A stretch of DNA of 58,219 nucleotides, the filler included, from Dugesia japonica (lineage: Eukaryota): NCBI GenBank assembly GCA_001938525.1. It is 5 parts of 5 records of this genome, joined end to end, with 100 filler letters (N's around TTAATTAATTAA, not from the genome) between each part and the next. Parts side by side here need not be neighbours in the genome. Positions count along the whole stretch, not along the records: positions 1 to 15,104 come from MQRL01585102.1; 4 more parts are not named here. One strand, 5' to 3'. The translations under genes and the position numbers were made by a program. Positions 1 through 13,686 of this stretch are shown one piece after another (the stretch's first letter is position 1; every line of letters starts with the position of its first letter). Below the pieces are notes generated by a model. It did not search any database. It worked only from the letters and a program-made list of their open reading frames with translations, and was not told where the DNA came from.

Positions 1-94
1 TAAATAAAATAAAACAAAAATACCCTTTTCCAAATTCATAAAAAGAAATAAATCCAGAAAAATATTAATTTCGGCTATTTAAATCAAGTATGAA

Positions 95-1250
95 TCAGGG
101 ATTATTTATTATGCTATTTTGATCATGGCTTGTGACGTTTTTGAAAATATGTTGGACTCTTTCTCTTGGAAATACTGTCTGGTACCTGACTACTACTCTT
201 TTATGGTCTAATATTGTTATTTCAAGTAAAATTGGTTTTAGATACATATCTTGTCCGATTTGAGGTCTTAGTTCTTCTTCATTTGATGGGTTTAATTTGA
301 GACTGTTTAACATCATTATATTAGTTTAGTGAGATGAGTCCTCTTATGATTTTAAAAGTAGGGAAAGGTATAGAGATAATGTCAAAATATATGATTTCGG
401 CAGAAAGAATAGCTGGGATGTCTTGTATTTCTTTCAGTATCTCATTACAACATTTTGATGGAGATTCTAAGATTAGTGTGTTGTGCTGTAATACACTTAA
501 GATTTTTTTACCGAAAGAGAATTTAATAGAGGTTTTTGCAACATGTAATCTTATTTCTCGTATTACTCTTTCTTTGCTGTTCACAGCCTTTTCGATATTA
601 TGTGGGATGTTGATATATCCTATTAATTTTCTCAACGTATATCTCTTAGCGATTGTAAATCTAATGATTATCATATCCTTATCGTATGTGTAGCTCTTTT
701 ACATCTCCGATATGCTTCTATCTTGTCCGTTATTGATTTTTCAATCTTCTCTCCGTCGAATACTTTAGAGAAACCGCAAATCTTGTTGCGCAAATCTTTG
801 TTCTGCCTGAGCATCTGTAGTATTTAATAATTCTCTACAATCATCGTAACGTCACGAGTTACAATCTAGATCATCTTTATTTTTCAGTTTCAGGACTATT
901 TTATGTAGGATCCATTATTTATGGGGTTGCTGGACTCAATAATCGTCGTATATTTAGTCGAATTGGTTCAACATTGTCGAGATACTTCGTTGCATGTTTT
1001 TTGTTTATTTGCGATTATATAAGTTTCCCACCATTTCTCTTCTTCATCGGGAATGATTCGACCAATATTAGAAAATTGTACAAATAATGAAAATACAAAT
1101 TTTCTTGAGTTTTCTCCTTTTCCCTCTTTTTTATCTTCCCTCTTTCTATCTTCTCTTTCTATCTTTTCCTTTTCTATCTCTCTTTCTATCTTTCCTTTTT
1201 TTATCATTATTTTTGCGAACCCAAATCAACATTTGCGTGAGTGTAAATTT
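95..1250 (-). pseudogene. Disrupted protein-coding stretch of unknown product, probably a repeat-borne ORF (LINE ORF1- or gag-like)
   Basis: Consecutive minus-strand open segments (968-1207, 321-674, 95-316) broken by stops and frameshifts, richer in GC than the flanks. Pieces recur at 8809-8878 and 8464-8505. Confidence 0.35.
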
Positions 1251-1444
1251 AGTTCAAATAAAATCCTTATCATGATATTTTTAGATTTATATCTGTTGTT
1301 CTTATATCTATCTTAATATTGCTAATTTACTTACTACATCCCATAAAAAAGTGGATTTTAAAAAAATATTAAAAAACCATGAAAATTTGTATTTTTTAAA
1401 TATATACGAGATAAAATGTTAATATTGATGATTTACGAGTAACA

Positions 1445-1730
1445 TTGACAGCCGCTCCTTTTGATTAACGAATCGAGATTTTGTCTCGAAGAAAGAAGTT
1501 ATTGTTTCTTTCTTAGTAGACCTTAAATCCGGCTTCTAAAGTTGTCCACAATGCATCCACATAAATTTTTGGCATCTCTTTTTCTAGGAATAACAATCCA
1601 AGATCATTGATGTTCAACTCAGAAGATTGAGCGGGATGGTTCATAACAGTGACTGTTGGAGTGTTAGACTGTCAGCACAATCATTTAATTTTTTAATTTA
1701 CCAACACGTGGACAAGCATTATCTGATCTT
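1445..1730 (-). mobile_element. Tc1/mariner transposase C-terminal relic, DD39D-like
   Basis: Frameshifted translation DNACPRV...TVMNHPAQSSELNINDLGLLF resembles the QDNARPH...QPPNSPDLNVLDLGFF motif. Confidence 0.55.
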
Positions 1731-2030
1731 AAGTGTCATCTATTTAATTTTCTGCTTTCGTCAGATTTTTAGGACAACTTTAAACAAAATAAATAAATAA
1801 AAGAAGTATTATATTTTCATTAATAAACTTTTTGACAAATTAAATATTTGAATCTCGATTCGTCGATAAATGTTCGTTTTAACCTTTAATTATTATATAT
1901 TCAATGTAAACATATTGAAACAAAGATCAAATATCTATTTTACCAGGAATATAATAGGATCCAGTAAATAATTACATGTTTTTAATTTGGTTTGATTATA
2001 ATTGTTCCTAATATAATAATTTATGCCTGG

Positions 2031-2031
<1 letters not shown>

Positions 2032-2070
<39 letters not shown>

Positions 2071-2153
2071 NNNNNNNNNNNNNNNNNNNNNNNNNNNNNN
2101 NNNNNNNNNNNNNNNNNNNNNNNNNTTATTATTATTATTATTATTATTATTAT
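2032..2153. repeat. (ATT)n/(AAT)n microsatellite; further arrays at about 2355-2413, 8938-9009, 17510-17709, 21695-21880 and 40441-40493
   Basis: Directly visible; most arrays abut N gaps. Confidence 0.95.
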
Positions 2154-2352
2154 TGCTATATTATTATTAAAATACCACAACGTAACATATTTCGTCATTA
2201 ATTTCTAATTTGATAAAGCTGACAAAAATACAAAACCGCAACGTAACATTTCCAATAAAACATTTTTTTTACTAAAGAAAGCACTTCTTTTTTGATCTGT
2301 ATGTATGTATTATGTGGTGATTGTTGTATGCCGTATATTAATTTATTAGTTG

Positions 2353-2397
<45 letters not shown>

Positions 2398-4263
2398 TGA
2401 TTATTATTATTATTTTGAGCGTGGTATATTTTCTTGAAATTTTCTAAAGCTCATGAAATTTCTGTTCAATGTTTCATGAAATTCTTGTGGACAACTTTCT
2501 TGGTTTACGAAATTTATATTGCGTAAATTTGCGTTTTGTTGTAAAAACTGATGCATGAATGAATGTTTTATTCGATTTATTGTAGGTAGTATCAATACCA
2601 ACCCCCATTGTAGGTTTCATTATAATTTTAATACAATATAAAATAATATATGTTATAATATATATTCCTTGATAAAAATTTAAAAATTAATTTTCAGAAC
2701 AATTTATTTGAATCAATTATACAAGTATTGTAAATTTATACGTTATTATTTTGTCTCAGGGTCTGTTACTATAGAAGCATTAGACCGCTATTTGAGATTT
2801 ATAAATAGTGAAAAATAATGAATTTACATGCATCTTTATACTCATTCTTACCCGTCTAAGTAACATGTAATAATATAAAAATTTTCCGTAAAAATAAACA
2901 AAAATTGATATTTACAGAATTTTCGTTCAAATAAATAATTCATTTATAAAATTATATAAAATTAACCTTTAATAATACATCCAATAAAATCCATAATTCG
3001 GTAATTCCATTTAATAAATAAAATTAAATTCCCAATACGACCTTTGAAAATCAAAATATACAGTTTCGACAAAATCAAATAATATACGATTCCAAATTGA
3101 TAATTTGATAATAATGCATATGATATTGTCAATCAAAAATATAAGTTCATTATTAATATAAAATTTCGGTGAAGTTAAATAAAATATAAAATAATACACA
3201 ATTTCGAATTAATAGTTTAATAATAGTACACATGATATTGTCTAGCAAAAATAGATAAGTTCATAATTGAATCTGAATTGATTGCTCATCATTGAATAAA
3301 ATTGATTTATGAATTGATGGGTTGATCGAAGTTTGGTTTTGAGTTCTTTGATTGTTTGTTGTGTTTTGTGTTGATTATTCTTTGTGTGTTTGTTGTGTTC
3401 TGTATAATTGTTGTTTATTTAATCTTAATGTCTGTTTTCCCCAACAAAATCATAATTTATAGAAAGTTAACAATTAATATATTCATGTGATAACAAACTA
3501 ACAAGCATTCTACTTTATTTATAAATATTTACAGTTTTCACGGTGAGGGTGATTGTAAAATATTGAGAACTTCTACCTATCACAGCTATTTCTGGATTCA
3601 GGTGGAGTATCATTTCATTTGCTCATATTTTTTCTCTTATTTTCTCACGGTCTCATTGCTTTTTGAGGTGTTAACATGCCTATCTTTATATCTTGTATTT
3701 TCTTTACAACGTAAATATGTATGTATAATATGTATGTAAATCATGTTAATTGTATTAACATTTTACCGCTGTATAAATGAAATACTTACTTCGACATTTT
3801 TGTAAATACCACTCCATATGCTTTCAGTAAAAATATCTCAGTTGTTTGATTGATCTTATTTTCCCCATTAATATTGCATAGCATTTTTATCTCTCTTTCT
3901 GAACTAGACTGTGTCATCGGTATATAAAAAGGACAAAATAACACGTCCTGATAAGATTTATAATGATATTGCATGGAATTCATTGTTACTCTAATTGTTT
4001 TGTATAACTCAACAAAAGATTTCAATAAAAATTATTGGTTCAATATTAATTCAAACTATTTTGACCCGTTATAATTCGGTTTTTGTTAAAATTAATGATA
4101 ACTAGTTTTAGTAGGTGTTGGGCATTTCTACTCAACAAAAAATTTTATCGCTCTTAATTGAAACTAGAGGATTGACAATTAGGTATTTTATTTTAGGGTA
4201 TTTGATATCATTGTTGTTGTTCTGTATGTTGATACACTATAAGATAAATGCAATATAATTAAG

Positions 4264-4422
4264 CAAATCTTATAAATAAGGGAATATGGTGTAACAATTG
4301 CCTTATACAAATAACGAATATAATACCTTTTAAAAATTATATTTTTGGTGTATATAATGATACAGAAAACTTAAATCCTATTAGCAAAATTTTTTGCCAA
4401 ACTGGTCCTGCTGCTTTTAAAG
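4264..4422 (+). CDS. Putative internal exon with fibronectin type III-like C-terminal half
   Basis: aag acceptor and gttaga donor, 159 nt, symmetric phase 1-1, open as NLINKGIWCNNCLIQITNIIPFKNYIFGVYNDTENLNPISKIFCQTGPAAFK. Resembles the FN3 pattern IT.L.P...Y.F.V.......S.....T. Confidence 0.4.
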
Positions 4423-7400
4423 GTTAGAGTCCAGATGAAAAAATTTTAACTGAAAACTGACTGTAACAGATCAGTATATATACTAATTCTGTTCAGGACA
4501 CATACTAAATTAAGATTATATTTACATTGAATAATTTAGATATAATTCAAATGTTCATAGAGTAATTACAGAAATATGATTATATTGTTTTAATTTTAAA
4601 TAAATAGTAAAATCAATACATAACATTTGATCATTAACTAAATTCAATTAATATTAAATAACAAAAAAATTTACTTATTAAATAAACCTAATTCTTAAAT
4701 AACTAAAAGAAAGTAATATGTAGGTTTAAATATATTAAATTTAATATCTGAAGTTCAGTTCAAAGAGAGCGATTGAGTGAAAGTATTAAAAATAAAATAT
4801 TAAGAATGAACTGAAGGAATTTTCATAAAGTAATTATAGCAGTTTGTCTGTCATTCTTGTACATGCACATCGATGTTTTTTACACAAATTTTAATTTCNA
4901 TTAAATTTGTTGGTGTTTAATTATAATTTAGAAAATGTTGCAGTAAAACTTATCAAATAAAATTAAATATTCACATAATAAAATAAAGTACTGTGATTAG
5001 AATTAGTAAAAATTGTCTGCAACATGAATAAATATTTACATGTTGAAAATAGTCGGTTAATCACCACATATTATTAATTAATTAAAATAAAACTATTGGA
5101 AATTGAGAAATCAAAAAATCACGAAGGGTTATAAAAAGCTACCATATAAAATTGCCTTGTCGATTTGGTAATCAAGGATCAAACATGCACAAATAAAAAC
5201 ATAATAAATATAAAAATAATTATTAAACATCACACTATATTATAGTGTCTATAAGTATAACAAAATAAAAAATTGTCAATTGGATTAGGTTCCTAATTAG
5301 ATCTATTTTGTCTAATTAATAAGTCCCTTTGGGTCACGCATTTCGTACTTCGAGTCATCCTACAACATTTCCACAAAAATTTTAATAAAGAATAATATTA
5401 CATTACAAATTAATTATTTTTTAATGTTAACTAAATTATTAAAATACTAAAACACAATAGAATTACTAAACAATTAACATAACTTAACAAAAATTTCTGG
5501 CAAATCTATTACAAAACTGTTTATAAAATGACTACTAAACCTTTACAAAATGCTTCTAAAATTGACACTTAAATAAATAAAATAGAATTATCAATATAAA
5601 TATCTATTTTTACAAAAAACTAAACTGAAAAATAATTCTACGACAATATGGATTTCTGAAACACGTAAATTTAATTTCGCAAAATTTTCAAAAAGTAAAT
5701 TACTGATTATAACCACAATATTAAAACAACACTCCAAAAATTACATTTAAAATAATAACACATAACAATAAAAAATTACGTAATAATTTAAAAATTCAAA
5801 CGATGGTTCGTTAGTGCTTATCAATTCTTACAACATGCATTACATATATCTATGAAATTATATGTATTTCAAAAAAGTTATGTAATTATGGATGAAGTTC
5901 AATATTGAAATTATGGTAAATTATTATTTAAAGTTCAGTTCATGTAAATAATTAAAAAAAGAAATTGTTAATCGAAATACTTAAGCTGACTGAAAATTAT
6001 TTTACGCTTTTTACAACCGCTCTGTAATAACTAATGAAAATTTCTTTAAACTTATTTAAAATTTGACTTCAAACTTAATTAACTTTAATTTATATATATT
6101 GATCGAAATTGGGGGAAAAGCAAAACCTTATAATTCCGTGCTTGATTCTGAAATATGTTCTTAATGAAGAAGTGCTTCCGCCAGAACATTTAATTTGATT
6201 GCCACATCGATTGCAAATTTCTCCAGTCTCCTTCGGGATGGCATTATTACGTTTAATGTGTAATTGCAAACCGATGACACTGGAGATGACATGTTTAGGG
6301 GCTAAAATGTGTAATTATAAACTTTACACTAAAATTTCTAGTTTCGAGAATATTTTGAAAAAATCAAAATTTTCTTTGATGTAACTTGTTATTTTCAAAC
6401 TTCAATTTAACGTTTAAATATTGATATATTTAAAAAAACGATTCTAATTTTAAGAAAATATTAGATAAAAAAACATAGTTTTAACAAAGTAACTCTATAC
6501 TGTCGAAAATGTGTTTTTTTTTTAATGAAGCAGTTAAATATTAATTTGATAGATTAAAGTAATATATTGTGATTAGAAAGAAAAAAACCGGTTAACCGAC
6601 TTGAAAAACTTGAGTTTTTCAGTTTTAATTATTGATTGATTATTAATTATAGGTCAGAAATCCTATTAACAAGATTTATTCAAAAACATATAAAATAATA
6701 CAATATTACTAAAATTTACACAAGATTTACTGAATAATTATTACTAATATTATTACAATAAAATTTACAAAATAGAAAATTAATTGAACCCTCGAGAACA
6801 TGGTAAAAAATACATTAACACTTTGTTAGATAACGGAACCGTGGACATAATCTATAGATATAAAGGCTCGTGTTAAATAATTAGAAACAGTTAAAATTAT
6901 ATAGTAATTGGTTTGATAAGTAAACAGAGGAAAACTTTAAATATTTATGTTTTTGTTAAATAAATAGTGGAACAATTAAATGTATATTAATGATTTTGTT
7001 AATTATTAGAGATAAACTATATAAATTGTAATCGCAGACAAATTATTACGCTAAAACACTTAAATCGGTAATGCTTTACAAATATGTTAAAAACAATAAA
7101 ATACACACTAACGTACGGAAAATCCAAAATAATCAACTGTCGTTTTAAAATCAGAATTAAGTGTTAAACTGAGTCTACCACTCAGTTATAAAAGCAATAA
7201 TAAATTTAAATCACAGTAGATAACAATAAATTATTCACAGCAGACTATATATACTCTAATTAAAAACATTTCTCTTGCCGACTCTACATTATTTGAACAC
7301 ATTTCTAATTATGTTAAATTAAATAAATCTTCACTTTATATTAAATTTAATCTTAATATATGCTTTAACTCTTCCTCACACACATCAATTGGACCAAAGT

Positions 7401-7469
7401 CCTAATTTTAATACTTTATTATGAAAAAACTTTTATTATTAACAATTTTTACAAGTAACCAAAGATTTC

Positions 7470-8460
7470 CTTTGCTCTTCACAATTAAAATTGCCCCATT
7501 TATCACAATTTATTCTGCATTTTGCTTTGCTAGTCAGGCGAATATTGCATGTTCCTCGCTGAACTTTTGCAATTTATAAATTATCTTAATCTTCATTTAG
7601 ATCACCACTTAAATTTGGCTTATTTCTGAGTAAATCATTTGCAAGAATTTTCAACTAGCAAATTTTGGATTTTTGTCCCATAAAGTGCAAAGCGTTGTGA
7701 GTAGCCGTATCAGTTATGTAAAAAATAGCAACAGGCCATCGTCATATTACTCGCTTCANAGNGTAGTACCTTATAAGCCGATCTAAGGTATCTNNTCAAT
7801 CTTTATTGCTATTGTAGTACTGTATAATNTCCGGCTTACCAGTAACAACATCTATTGCCTTGTCGCGATACTGGTTGTTCAGTATATTTACTGACTTATT
7901 TTCCGTGTCGTTATATTTCACTAAAGTAAATTTACCGCTAAAATAAAATTTACTCTGACCCGCATTATTTTTTGAAGTTTTGAGCTCTTAAGTCAAAGAC
8001 GTCGTTTTTATGACCGTTCCGTGTAATGTCGTCTTCTATTTGATCACAAAATGTCACTAGTTCTTCATCAATAATAGCTTGACCCGACATTGTATAGATT
8101 GATTTGCAATTAGACACAAATTCCTCAAACAGTATTCTTATTGGTTTACAAATTTTATTTTTTCGCTCCTACTAAACCTAATTAATTTACAGATCTGCTT
8201 GAAGTAGTTGCAAATAATTCTATCCTATGTGGTTTTTGGCCATACTTTACAGACGAACATTCAATGCTTTGAATTTTAACTTTTCAGCAATTCTATAAGT
8301 TGAAGTGAACCGAAAAATTTCTAGACTTAAATTTACTTGATTGAATGAATATCAATTTTTTCTTTTAGTCGTCAGTGCTGTCAACAATTTTTGGAAAAAT
8401 CATATCTGTGATGTACCTTTAATTGCCGGCGCTGACTTTATATTGTGTTGAGATGGCTTT
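7470..8460 (-). mobile_element. piggyBac transposase pseudogene (PGBD4-like) including C-terminal Cys-rich domain
   Basis: Motifs IIDEELVTF, TTLHGTV, KPxIIQYYN, DTLDRLIRYY, RWPVAIF, DTATHNA and TCNI...NCDKWGNFNCEE occur in the expected order. Many stops and frameshifts. Confidence 0.85.
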
Positions 8461-8937
8461 GGGATTTGGCAAAGTCAAGTCAACAAATGCGTGAGTTTAG
8501 AAATTTAAATTAAGATAAATTGCAAATCGAAACATAATATACCAGTATACATGAATACAGTATAGATGAATCCTTTGACTTATTATTGANNNNNNNNNNN
8601 NNNNNNNNNNNNNNNNNNNNNNNNNNNNNNNNNNNNNNNNNNNNNNNNNNNNNNNNNNNNNNNNNNNNNNNNNNNNNNNNNNNNNNNNNNNNNNNNNNNN
8701 NNNNNNNNNNNNNNNNNNNNNNNNNNNNNNNNNNNNNNNNNNNNNNNNNNNNNNNNNNNNNNNNNNNNNNNNNNNNNNNNNNNNNNNNNNNNNNNNNNNN
8801 NNNNNNNNATTTCTCTTCATCGGGAATGATTCGACCAATATTAGAAAATTGTACAAATATAATAAAAATACAAATTTTCTATATAATNNNNNNNNNNNNN
8901 NNNNNNNNNNNNNNNNNNNNNNNNNNNNNNNNNNNNN

Positions 8938-8992
<55 letters not shown>

Positions 8993-9859
8993 ATTATTAT
9001 TTTTATTATAAATGAATTATTATAAATTTATAAAATAAATTTTTGTGCAATAAAACGAACAAGATAGATCTTCGTTAAAGTAAGGAAATAAATCACTGCA
9101 AACGAAAATCGAAAGAAATATATCTTTGTAGAGTGGAGATGAGATTAATAATTTTTTTCCGAATGAGATTGAGGGAGGTGTATCTCTGTTAGATATACAA
9201 GTACTGAGTCGTTAAATAGAAATGCTAGAGATGAGTTGTTGCAAAAACTGAGTTGTTGAAAGTGAATAAACAAAAATACAAGAAATAAATTTGAACGAAT
9301 TATTTTAAGTATGTAATATTTAAAAACGAAGTGTATGAAATGAGTGCGGTTTATTATGAACGAACTGAATATTAAAAGAATTATATAAAGCTTCGAAATA
9401 AGTAAAATCAAACATAAACGAATAAGATTATCGGAGAAAAAATGTGAAATACCTAAAATAAATAAAACTGAACATTAAATTGGGCTGAGTACAAAAGAAA
9501 TTAGATGTAACCACTAACATAAATAAAAGATGATATAAACGAAAACAGTATCTAATTATAAAGAAATAAAATGTAAAATGTTAGAAAAAGAAAATGAAAT
9601 CTGATGATAAAGAGAAATCTAATTTAAGAGTTGTTTGCCCACAAAAAGTTCATTTCGACTTTATTTTCTCTAATTTGTAATAAAATTTTGAATGTAATGA
9701 AATTTATTTAAAATAGCGATTTGTTCACTTATTATCATCATATTGTAAACATGGATAGAATAACAAATTAATAATCATCGTATTTTATTATAACTTACAA
9801 CTGCATATGAAATATAGAGAAATAAAATAATGTATAAGAAATCTTGTTCTATCATAGAT

Positions 9860-10172
9860 CAGGGGTGCATGATATACGGCCCTCAACTATGTTACATACA
9901 ACCCATGATCTAAGTCCATGAAAAATTCAAAATGTATTTTTTTATAGAAATATAAAACCAATACTTCACGGATTCACAACCATCTCCTTCAAAATACTAG
10001 CTGCAAAATGACAATTAAACAGTGGTATATATATTTTCGAAGTTATAGTATATTATAGTACCTATAATATAAGTGATTCACAACCTTCTGCCCCCGAATT
10101 GTTTTCATGCATAATCCGCGATATTGATTTAAACTGATGCGGCCCATTTAGAAAAATGGTTGTGCACCATTG
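9860..10172. mobile_element. Non-autonomous hAT (Charlie-like) MITE
   Basis: Ends caggggtgcatga / ttgtgcaccattg, subterminal cggccc motifs, degenerate 8-bp TSD tcatagat/aaatagat. Confidence 0.75.
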
Positions 10173-10289
10173 AAATAGATGTTTACCTGGATTTAAATTT
10201 ATGACTTCATCTCGAATTTTTCTTAAACCTGTTATAATTATATTCGAAGTTCCATTTTACTATGTACTCTAGTAAAGTATCGGCAGAAG

Positions 10290-10720
10290 TCAGTACCATG
10301 TCATGACTAATACGATTGGTAATTTTTCTACCTCATTTTCATTTAGTTGAATTATATTAGAAATTATATCCGTGTAACTCAATGTCTGGAATCTGTGATC
10401 AATTTTTTTTAGAGATTTGACGTGGGTTCACCCTTTTCATTCTTTTCAATTAGCACAAGTATTTGTTTTTTTTAGACATTTTCAAAAGGTATTTTTCTAA
10501 AAATTTAAGTAATTATCATACGCCATTTAAAATCTAAAGAAAAATATACAATACATACTGTATTTCTATAAACACTCGTTGAGATAAAAATGGCATAATC
10601 GTCACGTAAACATGCGTGTAATGATAATTAAAACAAAATCAATCAATTATTAAAATAATTTTATGCACGGATAATCCTCAAACCCACTAATCTGTTAACG
10701 GTTAACCGGGAGTTTTTTTG
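10290..10720 (-). mobile_element. pogo/Tigger-like 5' relic (terminus and CENP-B-type HTH start)
   Basis: Minus-strand end ta-caaaaaaactcccggttaaccg, followed by degenerate MSKK..ILVLIEKNEKGEPTSNL. Confidence 0.45.
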
Positions 10721-10726
10721 TATATA

Positions 10727-11203
10727 CAGCCAAGTCTTTTTTTTACACGGTAGATACGTTCCCAAGAAACCAGTGTATAAAAAGCCGTGTAAAAAATACA
10801 TGCTACACATTAAAATTGGGGAAGTGTCCCACAACTTTCAAAAATCGTAACTTGAAAAAACTTTATATATTTTCCTAAAAACCCGTGCAAAGAAATATAA
10901 TAATGAAACCTATATATAAACTCTAAATATTATTACAAAATAAAATTAATATTAGTATAAAGGAGAAAATACCTACATAAATTTAAGTAATTTTACAAAA
11001 CATCAAATAAAAATTTGGCACAGAATTTAAAATTTGAAAAAATTAAATTAAAAATCTGAAATCAAAAGTAATTAATTAAAATTTAAAATAATTCGCACTA
11101 GGCACACAAAAAATACGATGGAAAGTTATGTAATCGCTCATAAAAATTGGAACCGCATTATTTCAAAACCGTTTAAATAAGACCGTGTAAATAGAGTTGA
11201 ATG
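10727..11203. mobile_element. Tigger/pogo-type MITE
   Basis: Imperfect TIRs cagccaagtctttttttacacggt / accgtgtaaatagagttgaatg, flanked by TA on both sides, with internal ccgtgtaaa repeats. Confidence 0.7.
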
Positions 11204-12799
11204 TATACATAAGTTTAAAAATCAAATTTGTAAGAATTATTCATAGATTTAAATATCTGAGAAATCTTTCTTTACTTTNNNNNNNNNNNNNNNNNNNNNN
11301 NNNNNNNNNNNNNNNNNNNNNNNNNNNNNNNNNNNNNNNNNNNNNNNNNNNNNNNNNNNNNNNNNNNNNNNNNNNNNNNNNNNNNNNNNNNNNNNNNNNN
11401 NNNNNNNNNNNNNNNNNNNNNNNNNNNNNNNNATTTATTTTATGAAATTATTAGGTAAAATATTTTATGAAATTTTTATGTAAAATTAAATATTTCATTA
11501 AATTAAAAAATTCAATATTTTTTAAGTATTTTATAAATTTTTATGTAAAGTAGAATATTTATTATTTATTATTTTATTGAAAAATTTCTCAGATTATTTG
11601 TTTGAATACTATGAATAATTCTTGATATAATTTTTATTTTAATCAAATACACTTNTAATAGTGAGTTGTGAGGTTTTGAATTTAACTAATAAAATTAAAA
11701 TTCAGAATCTTCACCAAACTAAATTTAAACTTTACAAACACAATATTTAAACAACGGCATTAAAAGTTACAAATTTAAATTTACAAAAAACAAAACAAAA
11801 TTTAATATTGAAAACAACTTCGTACAAAAACTTGATTGAACAGTCTAGTAAATAGAAAAAATACGCAATTTTGATCTTATTATCTTTGTGATCTTATCAT
11901 TAAAAAACTTAGTTTTGATTGATTTAGATTTAAATTTGTTATTGAATTTAAGTCCTGCATTGTCCCATCAATTTCTTGCGGATTATCTATACAAAAAAGC
12001 GCATTAAAAGAAAAATAAATAGTGCGCGAAAACATTTATCTATTATATAAGAAGTGTAAGATCTACTAAATGTGCATTGTCTATACATTTTCGTTTTAAA
12101 ACACTAGAACCATGATATACATAAGATATTCGTTATCTATGGGAAAATACAGAAAATATAAGTGTTTAGAAAATAATGATTATACAAACAAACCAAAATA
12201 TATCAATTTTCGTTTATCAATATTGTAATTTTTCATATTAATTGAATAAATGCTTTTGACATAATTTTTTGTAATGGTGAAATTTTGCATCATTTTAAAG
12301 TTTTCGTAATTAAATTCGTTTCAGACATTCGTCAACTCATCCATTAATATTATCTCTATTTCATATTTTTTGACTACAACTTTGTCTATTTCCTTCTTTA
12401 GGGCTATAGTGCCTATTACAAATGTTATATCATTTGCATGAGTCGATTCAATGGATGTTCTTGTAGCCTGTTTTTTATGTTGTCAATATTGCTTGGAAGT
12501 CTTGGTAATTCTAAAAGAAAATGTTATAATATAGCGATAAAATTCGTTTCGTCAATGATTATCGGTGATAGGAGAGGGAGCTACTTATGATAATGTATTA
12601 TTACGAAAAATAAATTGATAATGTAAATCACCAATTTCAGTTTCCTCAATGAAAAACTGTCAGTCACTGCGCTTTTTAGGATGGGGAATCAAATTTTTAT
12701 GTCTTGGATACTTATCTTTTATATAGAGTACCACCATTAACTAGCTAAATAATCAATATTGTCGCGATCTTTTTTAATTTGGATTTGTAATTATTTACT

Positions 12800-13140
12800 C
12801 TATTATTCTGCATAAATCACAAAAGCTGGTGTAATGGTTTTTCCATAATTTTTAAACTGTAACTCTTTTTACAATATTGTCTTTTCCGTTATTTGATTGC
12901 ACAAAACTACATGACGATCGAAAGTAGATTGCACACTATATAAAAACACAAATTATCTTTATTGTGCACATTGGCTATGGGGTTAGGACTCTGAATGAAC
13001 GATTTGCCAGATAGATTACTGGCGAAAATTTAACCAAAATAAATTTGAGCTCTAGTATTCTTTTAATTTTCCATGCACTGCTGAGCTAGAAATATGTAGC
13101 CATTTCTTCATTTGTTTTTGCAGTTAATTTTTCATAAAAA
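12800..13140 (-). mobile_element. Maverick/Polinton (adintovirus-type) protein-primed DNA polymerase B N-terminal relic
   Basis: FYEKLTAKTNEEMATYF*LSSAWKIKRILELKFILVKFSP / LSGKSFIQSP..IANVHNKDNLCF / KNYGKTITPAFVIYAE match the GSGW...YNPLRGSSYI.LP...IN.KN.DN.CF and FKNY...PFVIYADFE blocks. Confidence 0.7.
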
Positions 13141-13462
13141 ATTATTATAAATAACTTAAAAATATTTATTATTAATGGTAAAAAAGTTCTTATTTATTCG
13201 AAGAAAATTTTAACATTATACCTCGATATTTATATTTCCATATATTTCGATCATAAGTTGGTTCATTACCAGACTTAGTTATTTCTAAAATTTCACCTAT
13301 AAGGTTAAAAATGTAAAAATAAATAATACTAAATACATATTTTACCATTTTCTTATCTATTGATTTTTAATATTTCATGAAATCCAATTCTTGGTATGAT
13401 ATTTTGATGATGAATTGATCTATTTTTGGAATAAATTATTTCTACTCTGTCGTTAAAGGTTT

Positions 13463-13686
13463 TATCTATAAAAAATGTAAAACTAAATAATAATAAATAC
13501 AATTTACCGTTTCTGTTTCGGTTTAATTTTTGAATATGTTCAGATTTTGTTAGTTTTCATTATGATCGATTCTATCTATAAAAATGTAAAACTAAATAAT
13601 AATAAATACAATTTACCGTTTCCGTTTCGGTTTAATTTTTGAATATGTTCAGATATTGTTAGTTTTCATTATGATCGATTCTATCT
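13463..13686 (-). repeat. Tandem duplication of an approximately 109-bp unit (41-42 nt GT-AG micro-intron plus about 68-nt exon-like segment)
   Basis: Two near-identical units. The minus strand reads gtaaattgtatttattattatttagttttacatttttatag. A related 49-nt intron lies at 13297-13345. Confidence 0.8.

Noticed and set aside
65-100. Possible hammerhead on the minus strand (ctgattc...atagccgaaa)
   Set aside because: CUGANGA box is broken and helix II does not pair.
1935-2208. Poly-I/L/N/Y ORFs here and at 8586, 17484 and 21613
   Set aside because: Translations of (ATT)n microsatellites and N runs.
4281-4292. GIWC matching the RMDN1 GIWCY motif
   Set aside because: Surrounding residues and exon phase do not fit RMDN, and it lies on a different contig piece.
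4936-5367. Solo-LTR candidates tgttg...caaca (and tgttag...ctaacg at 6824-7113)
   Set aside because: No target-site duplication and no second copy in the window.
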